Assembly (NCBI GenBank): GCA_965652415.1
Contig: CBFGVH010000004.1
Coordinates: 3,071-67,070, forward strand
Direction: 5' to 3'
DNA from: an uncultured Gammaproteobacteria bacterium
GTDB lineage: Bacteria > Pseudomonadota > Gammaproteobacteria > Arenicellales > CAJQKF01
Length of the DNA stretch: 64,000 nucleotides
The notes under the pieces are model-generated. The model did no database searches and had not been told where the DNA came from. It saw only the letters and a list, made by a program, of their open reading frames with translations. Shown one piece after another: positions 50,392 to 59,722 of the stretch (positions are counted from its first letter, which is position 1; each line of letters starts with the position of its first letter). A program made the position numbers and the translations under genes.

Positions 50392-52788
50392 ATGAGTGAC
50401 AACCTGGTCTGGTTCACCGACCTGGGCATGGGCGACGTGCCCCGCGTGGGGGGCAAGAACGCCTCACTGGGCGAGATGATCAGCGCGCTGGCCGACAGCG
50501 GCATCGAGGTGCCCGGCGGCTTCGCCACCACGGCCGACGCCTACAGGCGGCACCTGGCCCGCGACGGCCTCGACAAGCGCATCGCCGGGGTGCTCGACGC
50601 CCTCGACGTCGACGACGTCTCGGCCCTCACCGCCGCCGGCCGGCAGATCAGGCAGTGGATCGAGGACGCGCCCCTGCCGGAGGACCTCGAGAACGAGATC
50701 CGCGAGGCCTATCGCACCCTCGGCGACGGGCGCGACGCGGCCGTCGCGGTGCGCTCCTCGGCCACCGCCGAGGACCTTCCCGAGGCATCGTTCGCCGGTC
50801 AGCAGGAGACCTTTCTCAACGTTTGCGGCGCCGACGCGGTGCTGGCCGCGACGAGGCGCGTGTTCGCCTCGCTGTTCAACGACCGGGCCATCTCCTACCG
50901 CGTCCACCAGGGCTTCACCCACGCCGACGTGGCGCTGTCCGCGGGCATCCAGTACATGGTGCGCAGCGACATCGGCTCGAGCGGGGTCATGTTCACTCTC
51001 GACACCGAGTCCGGCTTCGACCGCGCCGTGTTCATCACCTCGTCGTTCGGCCTCGGCGAGTGCGTGGTGCAGGGTGCGGTCAATCCCGACGAGTTCTACG
51101 TCTACAAGCCGGCGCTGGCCGCCGGCCGGCCGGCCATCCTCAAGCGCTCGCTCGGCTCCAAGCTGATCAAGATGGTCTACGCCGACGGCGGCGAGCACCC
51201 GGTGACCGTGGTGGACACCCCCGCCGACGAACGGGCCCGGTTCTCCCTCGGCGACGACGACGTCCACGAGCTGGCGCGGATGGCCGTCGCCATCGAGAAG
51301 CACTACGGCCGGCCCATGGACATCGAGTGGGGCAAGGACGGCGAGACCGGCAGGCTGTACATCCTGCAGGCCAGGCCCGAGACGGTGGTCAGCCGCGGCA
51401 ACGGCCAGGTGCTGGAGCGCTTCGCCCTGAAGGCGCGCGGCGAGGTACTGGCCGAGGGCCGCGCCATCGGCCAGCGCATCGGCTCCGGGACAGTGCGCAT
51501 CGTGCCGGACGTCGAGCACCTCGCCCGGGTCGAGGCTGGCGACGTGCTGGTCACCGACATGACCGACCCCGACTGGGAGCCGGTCATGAAACGCGCCAGC
51601 GCCATCGTCACCAACCGCGGCGGGCGCACCTGCCACGCCGCCATCATCGCCCGCGAGTTGGGCGTGCCGGCGGTGGTGGGCTGCGGCGATGCGACCTCAA
51701 GAATCACCGACGGCGCCGAGGTCACGGTCTCCTGCGCCGAGGGCGACAACGGCTACGTCTATGCCGGCCACCTCGACTTCGAGGTCAAGCGGGTGGCCCT
51801 CGACGACATGCCGGCACTGCCCTTCGAGATCATGATGAATGTCGGCAACCCCGAGAGGGCCTTCGACTTCGCCCGCCTGCCGGGCTACGGGGTCGGCCTG
51901 GCCCGGCTCGAGTTCATCATCAACAACACCATCGGCATTCACCCCAAGGCGGCGCTGCACTACGACGACATGCCCGCCGACGTTCGCCAACGCATCGATG
52001 CCGCGAGTCGAGGCTACGCCGACCCGGTGCGCTTCTACGTCGACAAGCTGGCCGAGGGCATCGCCACCCTGGGCGCGGCCTTCGACCCCAAGCCCGTCAT
52101 CATTCGCCTGTCTGACTTCAAGTCCAACGAGTACGCCAACATGATCGGCGGCGGCGAGTTCGAGCCCGACGAGGAGAACCCGATGCTGGGTTTCCGCGGC
52201 GCCTCGCGCTACATCGACGCCGGCTTTCGCGAGTGCTTCGACCTCGAGTGCCGGGCGTTGAAATTCGTGCGCGACGAGATGGGGCTGACCAACATCCGGG
52301 TGATGGTCCCGTTCGTGCGCACCCTCGACGAGGCGCGCCAGGTCACCGACCTCCTGGCCGCCAACGGCCTGGCGCGGGGCGACAACGGGCTGAAGGTCAT
52401 CATGATGTGCGAGATCCCCTCCAACGCCCTGCTCGCGGAGGAGTTCCTGGAGCACTTCGACGGCTTCTCCATCGGCTCGAACGACCTCACCCAGCTCACC
52501 CTGGGCCTGGATCGCGACTCGGGCATCATCTCGCACCTGTTCGACGAGCGCGACCCGGCTGTCAAGGCGCTGCTGGCCAGGGCCATTTCCGCCTGCAGGC
52601 AGGCCGGCAAGTACGTCGGCATCTGCGGCCAGGGCCCGTCCGACCACCCCGACCTAGCCCGCTGGCTGATGGACCAGGGCATCGACAGCGTCTCGCTCAA
52701 TCCGGACACCGTGGTGGAGACCTGGCTGTTCCTCGCCGAGGCCGCCCCGCATTCTTGCGACCAGGGGGATCACCGCGTTGACGCGTAA
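50392..52788 (+). CDS. ppsA: Phosphoenolpyruvate synthase
   Basis: ATG at 50392 ('[29 protein letters not shown]'). Phospho-His '[15 protein letters not shown]' and 'SIGSNDLTQ'. Confidence 0.95.
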   Translation: MSDNLVWFTDLGMGDVPRVGGKNASLGEMISALADSGIEVPGGFATTADAYRRHLARDGLDKRIAGVLDALDVDDVSALTAAGRQIRQWIEDAPLPEDLENEIREAYRTLGDGRDAAVAVRSSATAEDLPEASFAGQQETFLNVCGADAVLAATRRVFASLFNDRAISYRVHQGFTHADVALSAGIQYMVRSDIGSSGVMFTLDTESGFDRAVFITSSFGLGECVVQGAVNPDEFYVYKPALAAGRPAILKRSLGSKLIKMVYADGGEHPVTVVDTPADERARFSLGDDDVHELARMAVAIEKHYGRPMDIEWGKDGETGRLYILQARPETVVSRGNGQVLERFALKARGEVLAEGRAIGQRIGSGTVRIVPDVEHLARVEAGDVLVTDMTDPDWEPVMKRASAIVTNRGGRTCHAAIIARELGVPAVVGCGDATSRITDGAEVTVSCAEGDNGYVYAGHLDFEVKRVALDDMPALPFEIMMNVGNPERAFDFARLPGYGVGLARLEFIINNTIGIHPKAALHYDDMPADVRQRIDAASRGYADPVRFYVDKLAEGIATLGAAFDPKPVIIRLSDFKSNEYANMIGGGEFEPDEENPMLGFRGASRYIDAGFRECFDLECRALKFVRDEMGLTNIRVMVPFVRTLDEARQVTDLLAANGLARGDNGLKVIMMCEIPSNALLAEEFLEHFDGFSIGSNDLTQLTLGLDRDSGIISHLFDERDPAVKALLARAISACRQAGKYVGICGQGPSDHPDLARWLMDQGIDSVSLNPDTVVETWLFLAEAAPHSCDQGDHRVDA

Positions 52789-52812
52789 CACAGTTACACG
52801 TAGACTGTGTTC

Positions 52813-53043
52813 ATGAAAAACATCACCCTCAGCATCGACGAGAAGATACTGGCCGCCGCCCGACGGTACGCCGCGGAACAAAACTCCTCGGTGAACGCAA
52901 TCGTGCGCGAGTACCTGGCCGACATTGCCCGGCGGGAAGATCGGGCGGCCCGGGCCCGCGAACGCCTCGGGCAGCTCGGCCGAGAGTCCAGCGCCCGGAT
53001 CGGGGCGAGGAAGTGGCAGCGCGACGAATTGCATGAGCGTTGA
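52813..53043 (+). CDS. Ribbon-helix-helix antitoxin (VapB-like)
   Basis: 'MKNITLSIDEKILAAARRYAAEQNSSVNAIVREYLADI...'. The track ORF starts at a GTG at 52807. Overlaps the PIN gene by 11 nt. Confidence 0.7.
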   Translation: MKNITLSIDEKILAAARRYAAEQNSSVNAIVREYLADIARREDRAARARERLGQLGRESSARIGARKWQRDELHER

Positions 53044-53446
53044 GTGCTTCCTGGATACCAACGTCCTGGTTTACGCGGCGGCGGGCGACGAGGAAACGGA
53101 AAAGCGCGACACTGCGCTGCGGCTGATAGAGGAAACCGATTTCGGCCTCTCCGCCCAAGTCATGCAGGAATTCTACGTAACGGTGGTGCGCAAGGCGAAG
53201 GTTCCCCTGTCCCCGGTCGCGGCGCTGGAGTGGATCGAGCAGCTTCGAGCATTTCCGTGCGCAGTAATCGACGCCAGCCTCGTCATGGTCGCCGTTGAGA
53301 ACAGCGAGCGATATCGAATCTCCTATTGGGACGGCGCCATCGTCGCCGCGGCCGAGTCCCTTCAGGCGCCGATACTGTACAGCGAAGACCTCAACCACCA
53401 GCAGGTCTATGGCTCGGTCCGAGTCATGAACCCGTTTTTTGCCTGA
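53033..53446 (+). CDS. PIN-domain ribonuclease toxin (VapC-like)
   Basis: 'MSVECFLDTNVLVYA...' with the conserved acidic positions (D in 'LDTN', E in 'VMQEF', D in 'SYWDG', D in 'SEDL'). Confidence 0.85.
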   Translation: MSVECFLDTNVLVYAAAGDEETEKRDTALRLIEETDFGLSAQVMQEFYVTVVRKAKVPLSPVAALEWIEQLRAFPCAVIDASLVMVAVENSERYRISYWDGAIVAAAESLQAPILYSEDLNHQQVYGSVRVMNPFFA

Positions 53447-53521
53447 TCCGCGGAGTCGCTCGATACCCCTGCGGCTGATCGGACCTGCACTCTGCTGCAG
53501 TTGCCATCGACCACCCGGCCG

Positions 53522-55189
<1,668 letters not shown>

Positions 55190-55310
55190 GAAAACGCAAC
55201 GTGGTGTTGACTGCAGGTTGCCCCGGGTGCCGGGGGGAGAGTGCTGCCACGGCCCGGCCGTTACGCCGAACCAGGGGCCGAGCCCGGCGCGGTGCCGGGC
55301 GCTGCCCGGG

Positions 55311-55553
55311 TCACTGTGACGACGGGGACGCTTGCGACTCGCGCTCGAGTTCCGCGACCCGGGCCTCAAGGGCCTCGAGCTTGCGGCGGGTCCGAAGCAG
55401 CACCTGGCGCTGGACTTCCAGCTCCTCTCGCGAGACGAGATCCATATCCTCGAGCGCGGCACGCACGGCGGCGCGGACATTGCGACGCACGTCCTCGCCC
55501 ATGCGCTCGGGGAGCATGGCATTGACGGCGCCGGCCAGGTCCTTGAGTAGCAC
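55311..55553 (-). CDS. ubiK: Ubiquinone biosynthesis accessory factor UbiK (YqiC/BMFP family)
   Basis: 'DLVSREELEVQRQVLLRTRRKLEALEARVAELE' matches the UbiK coiled-coil core. The preferred start is the GTG at 55553, 9 nt after a GGAG. The track ORF extends to 55637. Confidence 0.65.
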   Translation of the reverse strand: MLLKDLAGAVNAMLPERMGEDVRRNVRAAVRAALEDMDLVSREELEVQRQVLLRTRRKLEALEARVAELERESQASPSSQ

Positions 55554-55692
55554 TTGACGGATCTCCGAAACTCCTCGGGTGCCGATTATAGCGTCATCCG
55601 CGCGCCGGCGAAGCACGTGTCGCCAGCGAATAGCCACCGGTTCGCCACCGGGAATGCAACTCTTGACCCTTGACGGGGTTTAAGGTGCCGCT

Positions 55693-55800
55693 GTCGACCG
55701 CACGGTCGACCATTGGCAAACCGGCTGCAACTCCCGCCGGTGGACGGCAACGTCCCTCCCGTGATTGAGCGTCCCCCGGAACCCCCGGGGGACTTTTTTT
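55693..55800 (+). ncRNA. Candidate structured small RNA or leader ending in an orphan terminator (5' end undefined)
   Basis: Three hairpins precede the terminator: GTCGACC-GCAC-GGTCGAC (55693..55710), CCGGC-N10-GCCGG (55721..55740) and GGACG-GCAA-CGTCC (55742..55755). No plus-strand CDS lies upstream. Confidence 0.3.
55771..55800 (+). terminator. Rho-independent terminator (plus strand)
   Basis: GTCCCCCGG-AACCC-CCGGGGGAC followed by TTTTTTT. The flanking genes ubiK and ettA are on the opposite strand. Confidence 0.8.
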
Positions 55801-55807
55801 CGGGTTG

Positions 55808-55837
55808 TTGACAGGATCGGCGGTCCTCCCGTACTTT
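55808..55837 (+). promoter_or_regulatory. Candidate sigma70 promoter of the K+ channel gene
   Basis: TTGACA (55808..55813), an 18-nt spacer, then TACTTT (55832..55837). It starts 8 nt after the terminator T-run. Confidence 0.45.
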
Positions 55838-55973
55838 TTTGCCGCACCTCCCGGCCGGTCCCCATGAATCAACGCCTCCCGACGCCGCCGAATCGCGGCA
55901 GCGGACCTTCCCCCGCCCTGGACAGCTCCAGGGCCGCTGCCGGGTCTTGCCCGCGAGCGGCGGCATCCGCCGG

Positions 55974-56714
55974 ATGGGCATCATGATGCAACGGCTCCAC
56001 CGGCTGGTCGACGAACATACCGTCGCCGGCAGGCGCTTCGCCTGGTTCATCCAGGCGCTGATCGTCGTATCGATGATCAGCTTCACCATCGAGACCCTGC
56101 CCGACCTGCCTGCCGACTGGATGCGCGCGTTCGCGTGGCTGGAGATCGTGGTCGTGTTGATCTTCACTTTCGAGTACGTACTTCGCGTGCTTTGCGCGCC
56201 GAGCAAGCCGCGCTTCATCTTCAGTTTCTTCGGACTCGTCAACCTGGCGGCCATTGCGCCCTTCTATCTCGCCACGGGCCTGGACCTTCGCTCGGTGCGG
56301 ATCCTGAGACTGCTGCGCCTTCTGCGCATCATCAAGCTGTTCCGCTACAACCGCGCCGCCCAGCGCCTGGCACGCGCCTTCGTCCAGGTGCGTCACGAAC
56401 TGGTGCTTTTCATCGTCCTGATCGTCGTCCTGCTGTACCTGTCCGCGGTCGGCATCTACTACTTCGAGAACGAAGCGCAGCCCGACAAGTTCAAGTCGGT
56501 GCCGCACAGCATGTGGTGGGCGCTGGCGACCTTGACCACCGTGGGCTACGGCGACATCTACCCGATCACCGCCGGCGGCCGCTTCTTCACCTTCATCGTC
56601 CTGATACTCGGCCTCGGCGTAATCGCGGTGCCAACAGGCCTGGTCGCCTCCGCGCTGACCAACGCCAGGGACGACGAGCCGAACGACGAGAGCCGGCCCC
56701 CGTCAGTACAGTGA
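55974..56714 (+). CDS. Voltage-gated (6-TM, Kv-type) potassium channel
   Basis: ATG at 55974. S4 with basic residues at every third position ('RSVRILRLLRLLRIIKLFR') and selectivity filter 'TLTTVGYGD'. Short C-terminus with no RCK domain. Confidence 0.85.
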   Translation: MGIMMQRLHRLVDEHTVAGRRFAWFIQALIVVSMISFTIETLPDLPADWMRAFAWLEIVVVLIFTFEYVLRVLCAPSKPRFIFSFFGLVNLAAIAPFYLATGLDLRSVRILRLLRLLRIIKLFRYNRAAQRLARAFVQVRHELVLFIVLIVVLLYLSAVGIYYFENEAQPDKFKSVPHSMWWALATLTTVGYGDIYPITAGGRFFTFIVLILGLGVIAVPTGLVASALTNARDDEPNDESRPPSVQ

Positions 56715-56808
56715 TGATGCGCTTGCGAACCGGGGCGGCGCGAAACGGCCTCAGTACAACAATCGCCCATCGTCGAACGACGGTCGCATCGGGGGGATCC
56801 CGGCGACC

Positions 56809-57612
56809 CTATTGCATCTCCATCACGCGGAGGCGGATCACTTCCCAGGCACCGAACGAGGCAAAATGCGCATAGACGGCGTCCAGCAACCGCGTCTGGC
56901 GCCACTCCTCGATGACGTCGGCGGGCAAGGCGTCGTATTTCTTCCGGTCGATCACATGGAAACCACGCAACCGGCGTGTCTCCTCGCCCGGTAGCAGCAG
57001 GCTGGCCTGCCCTTCCGAGAGAAGGTCGAGCTCGTGCAGCACCCGGCAGCACGTCCTGGTGTGCGCTTCGGAAGCGGCGTAGTTGCGGCAGAATTCAATC
57101 GCCTCTCTCAGGGTTTTCGTCGGCTCCTCGCTGTGGTACAGCGGCCGGATATCGCCCTCCGACACCATCGGCGCCTCACGGTCGATGCACACGGTCCACT
57201 GATCGGTCTCGGCGACGCGCGCGGCGAGGAACGGATAGCGCCGGACGTAGGCGGGAACATAACGCCCTTTCGCCCAGGTGCCGTCCGACTCGATGAACAG
57301 GTTCCTGCCGTCCATGCCGCCAAGCAGCGCATAGGCCATGGGGTCGGACCCGCCGGAGAAGACAATCGGGTAGTGGCGCTGGGCTTCGGCGAACTCATTG
57401 ACGAGCAGCGGCACGTGGTCGACTTCGGCGCTGAAACTCATGTCGGCAGCATCCTTCACCGACAATGCGCCATGCGCTGCCGGCGTCAGGATCTCGATCT
57501 TTTTGTAGAACATCGGAAGGACCCGGTCGGCGGGCGTCTCCCCCGGGGGATGCGTACCCGCAGCCGGCGGATTCGGCTGTTCGTTCATTACAGAATCGAG
57601 GCGTTCAACCAT
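56809..57612 (-). CDS. SapC family protein
   Basis: SapC-like core 'FYKKIEILTPAAHGALSVKD...HYPIVFSGG...ALLG...YVPAYVRRYPF'. The ATG at 57612 lies 9 nt after AGGAGGAG. The core is preceded by a roughly 33-aa Pro-rich extension. The track ORF starts at a TTG at 57621. Confidence 0.8.
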   Translation of the reverse strand: MVERLDSVMNEQPNPPAAGTHPPGETPADRVLPMFYKKIEILTPAAHGALSVKDAADMSFSAEVDHVPLLVNEFAEAQRHYPIVFSGGSDPMAYALLGGMDGRNLFIESDGTWAKGRYVPAYVRRYPFLAARVAETDQWTVCIDREAPMVSEGDIRPLYHSEEPTKTLREAIEFCRNYAASEAHTRTCCRVLHELDLLSEGQASLLLPGEETRRLRGFHVIDRKKYDALPADVIEEWRQTRLLDAVYAHFASFGAWEVIRLRVMEMQ

Positions 57613-57652
57613 GGCTGCCAACTCCTCCTGAGTCGTCGTTAGTGGTGGTTGC

Positions 57653-59722
57653 TTAGGGGTCCGGAGCCGCTGGCGACAGCATGATGCCGCGATCGCACAA
57701 GGCCTGGATCTCCGGTCGGTGGGTCGCGAGAACGACGGTCATGCCGCGTTCGCGCAATCGTTCCAATATGCGCGTACTCTGCTCGAGCGACAGATGATTG
57801 AAGGCGTCGTCGAAGAACAGGCACTCATCGCTTTTGTACAATGCCTGTGCCAAGAGCAGGCGCTGAACCTCACCCCGGCTCAGACCTTGTTCCTCGAGCC
57901 GCTCGCGGCCGTCCGACCCGACGAAGAACCCCAAACGGTCCCACAGCTCCGTCAGGCGCAGCATGCCGATGAGACGTTCGGTATCGACCCCCTGCTCGTT
58001 GGAAACGAACTCGGCCAGCGAACCGTGAATGAATTCATCGTCGGCGAATACGAAACCGGCCGGCGCCGGACCGTCCAGCGGCCGGCCGTCAAGATACACG
58101 CCGCCTTGAAGCGGAAGGCGCAAACCCGCGAGCAGCTCGAGCAGCGTCGTCTTGCCGGCGCCGCTCGCTCCCGCAAGGTTGACGACCTCGCCTTTGTCGA
58201 TGCGCAGGTCAAGGTTGCGAAACAAGTCCGCATCGACACCGTTGTAGCCGAAACTGACACTGCGCGCCTCGATCCGCGAGCACCAGCTGGCAGGAGACGG
58301 CGAATCTTCCGCAGGCCGGTCCCCGGCATCGGGGCTTGCCTGCTCCGCTGCGTCCAGGACTTCGGCGACACGCCGCGCGACCGGGCGCAGTGCGCAGTAG
58401 CGCCGTGTCGTCTCCGAGATTTCCTCGAGCTGCGTGGACAGCATCACGGCCAGCATGCTGGCCAGCATGTAGCCGCCATAGGTCAATTGACCATCGATCA
58501 GAAGGTACCCGCCGGCGAAGGCCGACAGCGGCAGGGAGAGCGCCGCCATACTCTGGCGAGCCGCGGTATAGCCGATGAGGCGCCGTCCCCGATCGGCCTC
58601 GGCGGCCTGCCGTCGGCCGAGCGGGGGCAGGCAGGTGGCAAGCAGATGGTTCTGCAGACCGGCGGCGTAAAAGCGCAGGTAACCGCTGGCCCTCTGGGTT
58701 TGCAGCGCCTGGTATCGGGCGTTCTCGTCGTGTGCACGGAGCTGTCGTTCCCGGTTTCGCGCACTGACGACAAACAACCAGGCGAGCAATACGAGCTGGG
58801 GCAACAGATGGACGATGGCGATCAGCGGCGCCATGATGCCGAGGACGGCGATCGCCAAGACCGCGATCAGCACATGCCGCCCCATGTTGTGTGTGGCCTG
58901 CAGGTAAAAGCGCAGGCACTGATCGAGATCGCGCAGCCGGCCGAACAACTCACCCGCGAAGTGAGATTCAAAGAAGCTCGTTGGCCGAATGTAGAAGCGC
59001 TCGAGGAACGAGCGCTTCATGCGGATGGCCAGGTCCGACGACAGGCCTTCGAAGCGCATGCCCTGACAGTGGCGCAGCATGAAACGGGCGGCGAGCACCG
59101 GAATACCGGCCAGTGCCAGCACGTAGCCCCATTGGGTCATCTGGAATTCGACGACATAGTCGAAGAATGTTCGCGCAATGCCGCCGAACAGCAGCTCGAC
59201 GAGGAACACGAGTGCGCTGGCCGCGAGGCCGACGGCGAACACACCCTTCAGTTGCATTGAGCCGACCGGCGCCAGTGAATGCAGGAACCGCCACGGCGAG
59301 CGGTCGCGGTCCCCTGACGCCCTGCCGTTGACCTGAACGTCCAGGCACACACCAGTGAAATGACGGTCGAATTCCGCAAGCTTGAGCTTTCGGCGTCCCG
59401 ACGCCGGATCATTGATCCAGGCGTGCTTTCCCCGGATTTCCTCCAGGACCACGAAGTGCCGCAGGTCCCAGTGCAGGATGATCGGTCGGCCCGCTTTCCT
59501 GAGACTTTCCATTCCCTTCTTGACGACCAGGCAGCGATGGCCAAGCGACTGGGCGCCACGCTGTATCTGGGCGACGGTCGCACCGTCGCGCCCGACCGCG
59601 CAGAGCCGTCGCAGATCGAGGGTGGAATGCCTTTGGCCATGGTGCTCCAGAACGATACCAAGGCAGACCGCCCCGCAGTCGACGGGATTGCCCTGAAGCC
59701 GAACGGGTGTCCTGGTGATCAG
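57653..59722 (-). CDS. C39-peptidase-domain ABC transporter (bacteriocin/RiPP-type maturation exporter)
   Basis: C39 triad: Cys in 'NPVDCGAVCL', His in 'LRHFVVL', Asp in 'WINDPA'. Six-TM domain. NBD with 'GASGAGKTT', 'LSRGE', 'LFFDDA' and 'ATHR'. The 5' end is uncertain: the track ORF begins at a GTG at 59902 (184-nt overlap), and 59722 is a CTG in a CTGA junction. Confidence 0.85.
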   Translation of the reverse strand: MITRTPVRLQGNPVDCGAVCLGIVLEHHGQRHSTLDLRRLCAVGRDGATVAQIQRGAQSLGHRCLVVKKGMESLRKAGRPIILHWDLRHFVVLEEIRGKHAWINDPASGRRKLKLAEFDRHFTGVCLDVQVNGRASGDRDRSPWRFLHSLAPVGSMQLKGVFAVGLAASALVFLVELLFGGIARTFFDYVVEFQMTQWGYVLALAGIPVLAARFMLRHCQGMRFEGLSSDLAIRMKRSFLERFYIRPTSFFESHFAGELFGRLRDLDQCLRFYLQATHNMGRHVLIAVLAIAVLGIMAPLIAIVHLLPQLVLLAWLFVVSARNRERQLRAHDENARYQALQTQRASGYLRFYAAGLQNHLLATCLPPLGRRQAAEADRGRRLIGYTAARQSMAALSLPLSAFAGGYLLIDGQLTYGGYMLASMLAVMLSTQLEEISETTRRYCALRPVARRVAEVLDAAEQASPDAGDRPAEDSPSPASWCSRIEARSVSFGYNGVDADLFRNLDLRIDKGEVVNLAGASGAGKTTLLELLAGLRLPLQGGVYLDGRPLDGPAPAGFVFADDEFIHGSLAEFVSNEQGVDTERLIGMLRLTELWDRLGFFVGSDGRERLEEQGLSRGEVQRLLLAQALYKSDECLFFDDAFNHLSLEQSTRILERLRERGMTVVLATHRPEIQALCDRGIMLSPAAPDP

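Noticed and set aside
55560-55800. Whether the structured plus-strand region is a known housekeeping RNA (6S/SsrS, SRP/4.5S, or RsmY/Z-like).
   Set aside because: There is no SRP 'GGAAGGAAGCAGCC'-type domain IV motif, no 6S-like long closing stem with a central bubble that I could trace, and too few GGA loop motifs for the Rsm family. It is kept only as an unclassified candidate.
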